Below, in pieces: positions 41,680 to 50,411 of a stretch of DNA of 64,000 nt (positions are counted from its first letter, which is position 1; the number at the start of each line of letters is the position of its first letter). The notes below the pieces were generated by a model, which saw only the letters and a program-made list of their open reading frames with translations, had not been told where the DNA came from and did no database searches. The DNA comes from Halorussus marinus (GTDB taxonomy: Archaea > Halobacteriota > Halobacteria > Halobacteriales > Haladaptataceae): the NCBI RefSeq assembly GCF_004765795.1, contig NZ_SBIV01000001.1, forward strand, positions 124,001 to 188,000. Direction: 5' to 3'. Position numbers and translations under genes: made by a program.

Positions 41680-41763
41680 ATGTCGAACGCCGAGCGCAAG
41701 CAACACGAGACCAGAGCGGGCACCGACTCGAACTTCGTCGCCGCGATAGTACTCGCGGCCTGA
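41680..41763 (+). CDS. Putative 27-aa microprotein MSNAERKQHETRAGTDSNFVAAIVLAA (or sRNA)
   Basis: ATG 30 nt after TTTAAA; in-frame ATG also at 41656; ends 12 nt before the convergent gene stop. Confidence 0.4.
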   Translation: MSNAERKQHETRAGTDSNFVAAIVLAA

Positions 41764-41775
41764 ACGCCTCTCGGA

Positions 41776-42774
41776 TTACTTCCCGGTGAGCGCCTCGCTC
41801 GCGGGCGCGAACGAGATCTCCGACCCCAGTCCCTCCTCGCGGGCCTTCTCGTAGAGCATGTGGGCCGCCGCTACCGTCTCGATGGCGGTGCCCCCGGAGT
41901 CGAAGACGGTGATCTCCTCGTCGGTCTCCCGACCGGGCGCCGCTCCGGCGACGACCTCGCCGAGTTCGGCGTGGACGTGGTCCTCCGAGACGACGCCCGC
42001 CTCGACCGCCGCGATGAACGACCCCGCGTCCTGGGAGACGCGCTCGCGGAGGTCCGGGACGTAGGTCGACCGCTCGATCGTCGTCGCGTCGAGTTCCCGC
42101 TTTTCGGGGTGGTACTGGCCCATCGCGGTGACGTGGGCCCCGTCGGCGAGCATGTCGCCGTCGAAGACGGGGTCGCTGGCGGTGGTCGCGGTCACCACGA
42201 TACCCGCGTCGTCGATCGCGGCCGCGCTGGAGGCGACCGCCGCCACCGAGGCGTCGAGCTGTTCGTTCATCTCGGCGGCGAACGACTCGCGGGACGCCTT
42301 GGTCGGGGAGTACACCCGGACGGTGTCGAGATCCCGGACGGCCGCGATCGCGCGCAGTTGCCCGCGGGCCTGCGAGCCGCTACCGACGATCCCGAGGGTG
42401 TCGGCGTCCTCGTGGGCGAGGGCGTCGGTGCCGACCGCCCCGGTCGCGCCGGTCTTGAACGGGTTCATGCTCGCGCCGTCGAGCAACGCGATCGGCTCGC
42501 CCGACTCGGCGTCGAACACCGGCGTCACGAACCACGCGTCCTTGGCGCCGAACCCGGAGGCGTACATGTACCCGCCCATCGCGCCCGTCTCGGGCAGGAT
42601 CGCCGAGTAGCCGGTCAGCATCCCCGGCGGTTCGGCGTTGGGGAGCTTCGTGCGGGGTTCGGCGGGCGCGCCCTCGCCGCGCTGGCGGTAACCCTCTCGG
42701 ACCGCCTCGACGTACTCCTCGGGGCTCGCGAGTCCGGACACATCCTCGCTCGTCAGAAACAGCGTGTCGCTCAT
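41776..42774 (-). CDS. Ornithine cyclodeaminase/mu-crystallin family protein
   Basis: GSGSQARGQ NAD motif, KTGA, FDSGGTAIE. Confidence 0.92.
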   Translation of the reverse strand: MSDTLFLTSEDVSGLASPEEYVEAVREGYRQRGEGAPAEPRTKLPNAEPPGMLTGYSAILPETGAMGGYMYASGFGAKDAWFVTPVFDAESGEPIALLDGASMNPFKTGATGAVGTDALAHEDADTLGIVGSGSQARGQLRAIAAVRDLDTVRVYSPTKASRESFAAEMNEQLDASVAAVASSAAAIDDAGIVVTATTASDPVFDGDMLADGAHVTAMGQYHPEKRELDATTIERSTYVPDLRERVSQDAGSFIAAVEAGVVSEDHVHAELGEVVAGAAPGRETDEEITVFDSGGTAIETVAAAHMLYEKAREEGLGSEISFAPASEALTGK

Positions 42775-42851
42775 GGCCCAACCAACACAGGCCAGCCTGA
42801 AAACCGTTGAGGCGCCGGAGAAAAACGGGGATAGCGTCGTCGGGAGACGGT

Positions 42852-43082
42852 TCAGTCGGCGGCCTCGAAGCCGTTCGACTCCGACGCGGACTGGGTGGTC
42901 GCGACGGACGTCCGGTCGACGGGGCCGTTGACGAACAGCGCGTGAGCGATGAGCGCGACCGGGACGGTCGCCGCGACCGGGACGGCGGCGGTCACCGAGA
43001 CGCCGATGGCGCTCATGGCGGCGGTGATACCGATCAGCGAGAGCGGGATGAGTCCGAGAATGATGTCGTAGTACCCAGTCAT
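42852..43082 (-). CDS. Small 2-TM haloarchaeal membrane protein
   Basis: MTGYYDIILGLIP...HALFVNGP; TATA (TTATATA) about 27 nt upstream. Confidence 0.85.
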   Translation of the reverse strand: MTGYYDIILGLIPLSLIGITAAMSAIGVSVTAAVPVAATVPVALIAHALFVNGPVDRTSVATTQSASESNGFEAAD

Positions 43083-43177
43083 AATCTATTACATTCTATG
43101 CGGCGTGGGTATATAATTCTTTCCCGTACCTCTGGTGGGCATTTCTGGTGGGTTCGAAATACTCTCCCTGTAATGTC

Positions 43178-43192
43178 CTCATAAGTTATGAG
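43178..43192. promoter_or_regulatory. Perfect inverted repeat CTCATAA-G-TTATGAG (candidate operator)
   Basis: 7-bp arms in an AT-rich divergent intergenic region. Confidence 0.5.
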
Positions 43193-43372
43193 TTGGTTAC
43201 GAGGGTGTTTCGAGCGTCTCCTGATCCGAAACCGTCGATACCGGGAAGCTCACGATTGCCGCTATATTTTCACGAGTTATCCGACCGACGCGCAGTCGAC
43301 GCGCGACCGCGGCCGGATCTGACCCTCGCGATCGGCCACACATTTACCTTCGACCACGGAGAACTCCCGGCT

Positions 43373-44014
43373 ATGGACACCCGACAGAGCTACGCGGTCG
43401 GCCTCGCGCTCGTGGCGGTCGGAGTCGTGGCGAGCGCGCTGGCGTCCCCCGAGATGCCCGCGCGGATGGCGACCCACTGGAACGCCGCGGGCGTGGCCGA
43501 CGGCCGGACTCCGAAGGTCATCGCGCTCGCGACCATCCCCGCGGTGTCGGCGGGACTGCTCGCGCTGTTCGCGGTCCTCCCCCGGCTCGACCCCCTCGGG
43601 GAGAACGTCGCGGCGTTTCGCGAGCAGTACGACGCGTTCGTCGTGTTGGTCGTCGGGATGCTGACGTACCTCCACCTCCTGGTGCTCGCCTGGAACGCCG
43701 GCTTCGAGTTCGGGATGATCCAGGCGCTCGCGCCCGCGATGGGGGTCGTCTTCTACTACGCCGGCGTCGTGTTAGAACGCGCCGAGCAGAACTGGTTCGT
43801 CGGCATCCGGACCCCCTGGACCCTCTCGGACGAGGAGGTGTGGCGCCGGACCCACGACCGCGCGGCCCCGCTGTTCAAACTCGCGGGCGTCGTGGCGGCG
43901 CTCGGGGCGGTCGTCCCCTCCGCCGCGATTCTCCTCATCGTCGTGCCGGTCGTCGCCGTCGGGGCGTACGCGACCGCCTACTCCTATCTGGTCCACCGCC
44001 GCGTCGCGGGCTAA
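43373..44014 (+). CDS. SdpI/YfhL family membrane protein with DUF1648 N-terminus
   Basis: MP.RMATHWNA.G.ADG, NWFVGIRTPWTL.DEEVW..TH. Confidence 0.9.
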   Translation: MDTRQSYAVGLALVAVGVVASALASPEMPARMATHWNAAGVADGRTPKVIALATIPAVSAGLLALFAVLPRLDPLGENVAAFREQYDAFVVLVVGMLTYLHLLVLAWNAGFEFGMIQALAPAMGVVFYYAGVVLERAEQNWFVGIRTPWTLSDEEVWRRTHDRAAPLFKLAGVVAALGAVVPSAAILLIVVPVVAVGAYATAYSYLVHRRVAG

Positions 44015-44430
44015 CGAAGCCCCACCGCGGCCGCCCGCCAGACCGCGAACGAGACCGCGCCCACGGTCGTCACGACGAGCGCGAACGTCCACGGCGCGCT
44101 CCCGTGGAAGTACGCGGTCGACCGGATCGCGAGGCCGATCGGCGCGGCGACGATCCACGCGCCGACCGCGCGGACCACGGCGGTGCGGACCCGTCGGGTC
44201 GTTCCGGGGGCGTACGCGCCGATCGCCAGCGCCCCGACGACCCACCCGGCGAGGAACGGCGCGATCGTGCCCGCGACTCGCCCGGGCATCGCGACCGGGT
44301 CGACGCCGTGGTTGATCGATCCGAGCGTGAGAAAGCTCGCGAGCACGAGCAGATCCCCGACCGCGAGGCCGACCGTCCCGGTCGAGCGCTCGACTCGCGA
44401 CCCGAACAGTCCGTCGACGGCGTTGCTCAT
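44011..44430 (-). CDS. DUF3054 membrane protein
   Basis: GD.....F...G...H, PFLAGW, F.LV. Confidence 0.85.
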   Translation of the reverse strand: MSNAVDGLFGSRVERSTGTVGLAVGDLLVLASFLTLGSINHGVDPVAMPGRVAGTIAPFLAGWVVGALAIGAYAPGTTRRVRTAVVRAVGAWIVAAPIGLAIRSTAYFHGSAPWTFALVVTTVGAVSFAVWRAAAVGLR

Positions 44431-44527
44431 GGCCGGCGGTTGGGGCCGACGCGTTATGATTCCCGCGGTGCGCGCCGACCGGTGCCGGAGCGAAGGACAG
44501 TTGCCGGAGGCCCCCCAACCCGAAGCC

Positions 44528-45067
44528 ATGGAGTACGCGCTGGTCGGCTGGCCCGAGGACGACCCCAAGCTCCGGCTCGACCACCGGGAGTTCAGCTACG
44601 CGGGGAAGTTCGTGATGTCCAACACCGGGAAGGCGGTCGCCCGCGAGGACGGGGCCGACGGCGACCGCCTCGGGGCGATCGCGTTCAACGAGGACCGCAC
44701 CGACCCGGCCGCCGCGTGGCTCCGGTACGTCACGGTGCGGGCCGACCGCCGCGGGGAGGGGATCGGCGCGCGGCTCGCGGCGTTCGCGGCCGACCGGCTC
44801 GACGCGCGGGGGTACGACCGGGTGAAGATCGCGGTCAACAACCCCTTCGCCTACCACGCCCTCTACAAGGCCGGGTTCGGGTACGCCGGCGAGGAGACCG
44901 GGCTCGCCGAACTGGTGTTGGTGCGGCCCGGCGACCGCTCGCCGGCGACCTATCGGGCGGGCCTCGACGCCTACCGGGGACGGGAGGACCTCGCGGCCGA
45001 GGAACGGGACTTTCTGGACGCGAAGTCGGCGGCGGGCCCGCCCGAGACGATCCCCGCGCCCGAGTGA
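44528..45067 (+). CDS. GNAT family N-acetyltransferase
   Basis: V..DRRGEGIG acetyl-CoA motif, NNPFAY.ALYKAGF. Confidence 0.88.
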   Translation: MEYALVGWPEDDPKLRLDHREFSYAGKFVMSNTGKAVAREDGADGDRLGAIAFNEDRTDPAAAWLRYVTVRADRRGEGIGARLAAFAADRLDARGYDRVKIAVNNPFAYHALYKAGFGYAGEETGLAELVLVRPGDRSPATYRAGLDAYRGREDLAAEERDFLDAKSAAGPPETIPAPE

Positions 45068-45135
45068 GACCCCGCCGGCCGGTGGGGATAAGGCCGCCCC
45101 GATCGAATCACGCCCACATTCTGGGGGGTTCGGGC

Positions 45136-46659
45136 ATGCACGAACGAGAGCTACCGGGACGACACGAATCGCTGTGGACGAGCACGACGCCGCGGACCGA
45201 CTTCCCACCGCTCGACGGCGACCGCCGGGTCGACACCGCGGTCGTCGGCGGCGGGATCGTCGGGGTGACCGCGGCGCTTGAGTGTGCGGAGGCGGGCCGG
45301 GAGGTGGCGCTGCTCGAAGCCGATCGCGTGGTCGAGGGCGTCACGGGCAAGACGACCGCGAAGGTCACCGCCCTACACGGGCTCGTCTACGACGACCTGC
45401 TCCGGACCCACGGGCGCGAACGCGCTCGGGGGTACGCCGACGCCAACGCGGCGGCGATCGAGGCGATCGCCGACCGGGTCGACGAGCGCGACATCGACTG
45501 CGACTTCCGGCGCGTCCCCGCCTACACCTACGCCGCCGACGAGGACCAGCGTGGGGCCGTCGAGCGCGAGGCGGCCGCCGCCGAGCGTCTGGGGCTCCCG
45601 GCGTCGTACGTGCCCGACCCGGCGTTTCCCGGGGCGACACACGGCGCCGTGAAGTTCGCCGAGCAGGCCCAGTTTCACCCCCGAAAGTACCTGCTCGACC
45701 TCGCGGAGGCGATCCCGGAGGCGGGCTCGCACGTCCTCGAGGAGACGGCGGTGACCGGGATCGACGACGGCTCGCCCTGCGAGGTCGAGACCGAGCGCGG
45801 GACCGTCACCGCCGAGAACGTGATCGTGGCGACCCACTTCCCGATCGAGGACCCGGGCTTTTACTTCGCGCGCCAGTACCCCAAGCGGTCGTACGTGCTG
45901 GCGGTTCGGCTCGCCGACGACCCGCCGGACGGGCTGTTCTACCGGGACGCCGAGCCGTACTTCTCTGTGCGTCCGCACCCGACCGACGACGGCACGCTGG
46001 CGCTGGTCGGCGGCCAGAACCACAAGACCGGACAGGGCGGGTCGACGGCGGCGCGCTACCGGCGGCTCCTCGAACAGGCCCGCGAGCACTTCGACGTCGA
46101 GTCGGTCGAGTACCGGTGGTCGACCCAGGACTTCGTCTCGGTCGACGACGTGCCGTTCGTCGGGCGACTCGGTCCGACGTCCGAGCGCGTCTACGGCGCG
46201 ACCGGGTTCGGCGGCTGGGGGATGACCAACGGCACCGCGGCCGGGATGTTACTCGCGGCTCTCGCGCAGGGGGAGTCGCGGCCGTGGGCCGGAACGTTCG
46301 ACCCCCAGCGGTTCGACCCCGCGGCGTCGGGCCGGGACCTCCTCGCCGAGAACGTCGACGTCGGCGCGCAGTTCGCCCGGGACTGGACCGCGGCCGCCCT
46401 CGCGAGCGCGGACGGCGCGGACCTCGCGCCCGGGGAGGGGACGGTCCTCAGGCGGGGGGACACGCCGCTGGCGGTCTCTCGGGACGAGGACGGCGACATC
46501 CGGGCGGTGTCGGCGGTCTGTACGCATCTGGACTGTCTGGTCCGGTGGAACGACGCCGAGGGTTCGTGGGACTGTCCGTGTCACGGCTCGCGGTTCTCAC
46601 CGGAGGGCGAGGTGCTGAACGGCCCCGCGGTCGAGGACCTCCCGAAGCGCGGGGAGTGA
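45136..46659 (+). CDS. FAD-dependent oxidoreductase with C-terminal Rieske domain (YhfW-like)
   Basis: GGGIVG FAD motif, TGKTTAK, WSTQD, CTHLDC and CPCHGS Rieske boxes. Confidence 0.93.
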   Translation: MHERELPGRHESLWTSTTPRTDFPPLDGDRRVDTAVVGGGIVGVTAALECAEAGREVALLEADRVVEGVTGKTTAKVTALHGLVYDDLLRTHGRERARGYADANAAAIEAIADRVDERDIDCDFRRVPAYTYAADEDQRGAVEREAAAAERLGLPASYVPDPAFPGATHGAVKFAEQAQFHPRKYLLDLAEAIPEAGSHVLEETAVTGIDDGSPCEVETERGTVTAENVIVATHFPIEDPGFYFARQYPKRSYVLAVRLADDPPDGLFYRDAEPYFSVRPHPTDDGTLALVGGQNHKTGQGGSTAARYRRLLEQAREHFDVESVEYRWSTQDFVSVDDVPFVGRLGPTSERVYGATGFGGWGMTNGTAAGMLLAALAQGESRPWAGTFDPQRFDPAASGRDLLAENVDVGAQFARDWTAAALASADGADLAPGEGTVLRRGDTPLAVSRDEDGDIRAVSAVCTHLDCLVRWNDAEGSWDCPCHGSRFSPEGEVLNGPAVEDLPKRGE

Positions 46660-46721
46660 CCCCGAGGGCGCGGCCGGCCGCGTTCAGAGGATTCAAACGC
46701 CGCCGCCACCCATACCGACCC

Positions 46722-47501
46722 ATGAAGGCCTTCGCCCCCGGAAGCGTCACCGCCGTCTTCGCGCCCGCTGAGTCGGGCGACGAGTCGATGGGCGCGAGCT
46801 TCGCGATCGAGGACGGCGTGGTCGCGGACGTCCGTCCCGCCGACGAACCCGCGGTCGCGGTCGACGGCGAGCCGACCGACTTCGAACCCGTCGAGTTGGC
46901 GCTCGACGCCCTCGACGTCGCGGCGGCGGTCGACCTCGCCTCGTCGGTCCCGATCGGGTGCGGGTTCGGCGCGAGCGGGGCCGCCACGCTCGCGACCGCC
47001 CTCGCGGCGAACGAGGCGTTCGATCTCGGGCGGACGCGCGAGGAGCTGGTCGCGGTCGCCCACCGCGCGGAGGTGGCGGCCGGCACCGGGCTCGGCGACG
47101 TGTTCGTCCAAGAGATGGGCGGGCTGGTGGTCGGCGACGGGCGCGACCGGTGGCGGGTCGGGACCGACGCGCCGATCGAGTACGACTCGTTCGGCGGGAT
47201 CGCCACCGAGGAGATGCTGGGCGACGACGAACTGATGGCTCGGATCGAGCGGGCGGGGACCCGAACGCTCGACGCGCTCCCGGCCGACCCGTCGTTCTCG
47301 GAGCTGACCCGTGCGGCGTGGTCGTTCGCCGAGGCGACGGGTCTCCCGACGCCGGCGGTCCGGGAGGCGGTCGCGTCGGTCGAGAACGCCGGCGGGCTCG
47401 CGAGCATGGCGATGGTCGGCGAGACCGTCTTCGCGGTCGGCGTCGAGGGCACACTGCCCGACCGGACCCGAATCTGTCCGGACGGCGCGTCCCTGCGATG
47501 A
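46722..47501 (+). CDS. Pantoate kinase (GHMP family)
   Basis: AFAPGSVT.VF, PIGCGFGASGA, AH.AEV..GTGLGDV. Confidence 0.85.
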   Translation: MKAFAPGSVTAVFAPAESGDESMGASFAIEDGVVADVRPADEPAVAVDGEPTDFEPVELALDALDVAAAVDLASSVPIGCGFGASGAATLATALAANEAFDLGRTREELVAVAHRAEVAAGTGLGDVFVQEMGGLVVGDGRDRWRVGTDAPIEYDSFGGIATEEMLGDDELMARIERAGTRTLDALPADPSFSELTRAAWSFAEATGLPTPAVREAVASVENAGGLASMAMVGETVFAVGVEGTLPDRTRICPDGASLR

Positions 47502-47591
47502 CCGCGGTCTGTGCTCCTCGCGTGCTGTTCGTCTACGACCGCCGAATTAGCGTACGGAGCCGATAGCACGGCGGGACGGAGAAGCCGGGCG

Positions 47592-48674
47592 TCACTCGCC
47601 GATAGCTCGCTGGTCGACGTACTCGCGGGTCGCTCCCTGCAACACGTAGTCGGTCTCTCGAAGCGCTCGGACCGACCCCGACCCGGTGACGAACATCGCC
47701 GTTTCCAGCTCGGCACGCAGGTCCTCGATCCGCTCGACGACGGCGTCCGGGCCGTCCGTGGCGGGTTTCAGGAACGGTTTCGCCAACCCGCCGGCCCGCG
47801 CGCCAAGCGCGATCGCCTTGGCCACGTCCAGGCCCGTGCGCACGCCGCCGCTCGCGATCACGCAGTCGTGTTCGGCCCCGCACTCGATCGTGCTCGCCGC
47901 GGTCGGGATCCCCCACTCCCGGAACAGGGTCCCGATGCGCTCCTGTCGGGGCGCGTTCGCGGTGGCCGCGCGGTAGGCTTCGATCCCCGACCACGTCGTG
48001 CCGCCCTTTCCGGCGACGTCGATCGCATCGACCCCTGCGGCGGTCAGCTTCCGGGCGGTCTCCCCGGAAATCCCGTTGCCCGTCTCCTTGACGATGAGCG
48101 GCACCGAGAGATCCGCGGCGACTCGTTCGATCGCGCTCAAGCAGTTTCGCCCGTCGACGTCGCCCTCGGGCTGGACGGCCTCTTGGAGGAAGTTCAGGTG
48201 GACCGCGAGCGCGTCGGCCTCGACCATCTCGACCGCGCGCTCGACCGTCTCGATGTCGTACTCTCGAAGCTGGGCGGCGCCGAGGTTCCCGTAGATGAAC
48301 GCGTCTGGCGCGGCATCACGCACGACCGTGTACGACTCGAGGACGCCCTCGTCGTCGAGTTCGAGGCCGGCTCGCTGACTTCCGAGCCCCATCGCGATCC
48401 CGGTCTCGCCGGCGGCCCGGGCCAGCGCTCGGTTGATCTCGGTGGTGTTTTGGTGGCCGCCGGTCATGCTCTCGATGAAGATCGGGGCCGACAGCTCGTG
48501 GCCCAGAAACTCGACGGACGTGTCGATCGCGTCGCGGTCGAGTTCCGGAAGCGCTTCGTGGACGAGTCGGACGTCCTCGAAGCCGGTTCCACTGGTCTCG
48601 ACGTCTCGTTCCTGCACGATCTGAATGTGGTCGTCTTTCCGGTCCTCGGTCTCCGACGAGCGCCGTTCGGTCAT
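47592..48674 (-). CDS. fni: Type 2 isopentenyl-diphosphate isomerase (FMN)
   Basis: RKDDH, SMTGG, GSQR, HLNFLQE, KETGNG, ASGGVR. Confidence 0.97.
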   Translation of the reverse strand: MTERRSSETEDRKDDHIQIVQERDVETSGTGFEDVRLVHEALPELDRDAIDTSVEFLGHELSAPIFIESMTGGHQNTTEINRALARAAGETGIAMGLGSQRAGLELDDEGVLESYTVVRDAAPDAFIYGNLGAAQLREYDIETVERAVEMVEADALAVHLNFLQEAVQPEGDVDGRNCLSAIERVAADLSVPLIVKETGNGISGETARKLTAAGVDAIDVAGKGGTTWSGIEAYRAATANAPRQERIGTLFREWGIPTAASTIECGAEHDCVIASGGVRTGLDVAKAIALGARAGGLAKPFLKPATDGPDAVVERIEDLRAELETAMFVTGSGSVRALRETDYVLQGATREYVDQRAIGE

Positions 48675-48734
48675 TAGGCTATCTTGGGAAAGCGGCGGGG
48701 AAAACAGTACTGCTGTCTCGACGCGACGACTCGC

Positions 48735-50327
48735 CTACTCGGCGGCGATCACGTCGTCGATGCGCGCGATCATCGTCGCGGCCTCGGTCGCGGACTCGAA
48801 CGCCTCGCGCTTGACCGCGACCGGGTCGAGGACGCCCGCCTCGACGGGGTCGCCCACCTCGCCGTGCTGGCCGGTGGCGATGACGCCCGCCCGGCCGTCG
48901 CGGCTCTCGTTTTCGGCCCGGAGGTCGACCAGTGCGTCGATCGGGTCCATCCCGGTGTTCTCGGCCAGCGTGCGCGCGAGCACGTCGACCGCGTCGGCGA
49001 ACGCCTCGACCGCGAGTTGCCTGCGGCCCTCGACGCCGGCGGCCGCCTCCCGAACCCGGTCGGCGACGACGATCTCGGTCGCGCCCGCGCCCGGGACGAC
49101 CCCGCCCGCGTCGAGCGCGGCCGCCACGACGTCGAGCGCGTCCGAGAGGGCGCGTTCGAGTTCGTCGACGACGTGCTCGGTGCCGCCCCGGATCAGGACG
49201 GTGACCGACTCGGCCGCCGCGCCGCCCTCGACGAACACGAGGTCCTCGTCGCCGAACGTCCGGACGCGGACGGTCTCGGCCCGACCGAGATCCGCGTCCT
49301 CCACGTCCTCGACCTTGCCGGATCGGCTCGCGCCGGTCGCGGAGGCGATCGCCCGGGCCTCGTCGTCGTCGACGCTCTCGAACGCGAGGATGCCGGCGTC
49401 GGCGAGCGCGGCCGCCGCGCCGTCGGCGATCGAGTCGGTCGCCAGCACCACGTCGACGCCGGCCGCCGACAGCGACTCGGCGTACGACTCCAGTTCGCGC
49501 CGCTCGGCGTCGACCGCCGCGGTGAGCTGTTCGACGCTCTCGACGCTGTACTCGGCGTCGATCTCGGCCTCGCGGACCCCGAGCTCTTCGTCGACGACCG
49601 CGATGGTCGCGTCGGAGACCTCGCGGGGCATGTTGGCGTGGGCGGGCTCCTCGTCGGTGACGACTCCGGGGACGAGCTCCGTCGCCGACGAGGAGGCCCC
49701 CGTCTGGGTGTGGACTCGGACGTCGTCGCGGGCCACGCCGTCCTCGCCGTCGACGTGGCGGATCGCCTCGACCACGACCTCGGCGAGCCGCTCGGTCGTC
49801 ACGTCGCCGGTCCCCTTGCCGGTCATGCTCGACTCGGCGACCTGCCCGAGCAACTCGTCGTCGGTCTCGGCGTCGAGCACCTGCTCCTCGACGGCTTCGA
49901 TCGCGATGTCGCGGGCGCGGGCGTACCCCTCGACGATCGTCGTCGGGTGGACGTCGTCCTCGAGCAGGTCCTCGGCCTTCGCGAGGAGTTCGCCCGCGAG
50001 CACCGCGGCCGTCGTGGTGCCGTCGCCGACCTCGGCCTCCTGGGACTCGGCGACCTCCACGATCATCTGGGCCGCGGGGTGGTCGATGTCCATCGTGTTC
50101 AGGATGGTCGCCCCGTCGTTCGTGATCGTCACGTCGCCGGTGTCGCTCACCAGCATCTTGTCCATCCCTCGCGGTCCGAGCGTGGTGCGTACGGCCTCGC
50201 TGACCGCCTTGCCCGCGTCGATGTTCGACGTCTGTGCATCGCGTCCGTGGGTGCGCTCGGTGTCCTCCGCGAGGACGAACATCGGTCGACCGCCCATGCG
50301 CTGCTGTCCGAATCCTGACTCCGACAT
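48735..50327 (-). CDS. Thermosome (group II chaperonin) subunit, divergent paralog
   Basis: TTLGPRGMDKM, ITNDGATIL, GDGTTT, PGAGATE; no GGM tail. Confidence 0.95.
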   Translation of the reverse strand: MSESGFGQQRMGGRPMFVLAEDTERTHGRDAQTSNIDAGKAVSEAVRTTLGPRGMDKMLVSDTGDVTITNDGATILNTMDIDHPAAQMIVEVAESQEAEVGDGTTTAAVLAGELLAKAEDLLEDDVHPTTIVEGYARARDIAIEAVEEQVLDAETDDELLGQVAESSMTGKGTGDVTTERLAEVVVEAIRHVDGEDGVARDDVRVHTQTGASSSATELVPGVVTDEEPAHANMPREVSDATIAVVDEELGVREAEIDAEYSVESVEQLTAAVDAERRELESYAESLSAAGVDVVLATDSIADGAAAALADAGILAFESVDDDEARAIASATGASRSGKVEDVEDADLGRAETVRVRTFGDEDLVFVEGGAAAESVTVLIRGGTEHVVDELERALSDALDVVAAALDAGGVVPGAGATEIVVADRVREAAAGVEGRRQLAVEAFADAVDVLARTLAENTGMDPIDALVDLRAENESRDGRAGVIATGQHGEVGDPVEAGVLDPVAVKREAFESATEAATMIARIDDVIAAE

Positions 50328-50356
50328 CTGTATCCCCGTTCGAAAAATGATTGAAC

Positions 50357-50374
50357 TTCTATATAAAAGTTTCC
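50357..50374 (-). promoter_or_regulatory. Heat-shock-type promoter of the thermosome gene (GGAAAC-TTTTATA-TAGAA)
   Basis: TATA flanked by GAA elements, resembling Haloferax cct heat-shock promoters. Confidence 0.6.
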
Positions 50375-50411
50375 CCGATCGCCGACTCTCTCGCTCTCGG
50401 CCCCGGCGACC

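Noticed and set aside
43840..47501. 939-aa and 739-aa ORFs as large fusions
   Set aside because: The N-terminal extensions are shadows of neighbouring genes; real starts are 45136 and 46722
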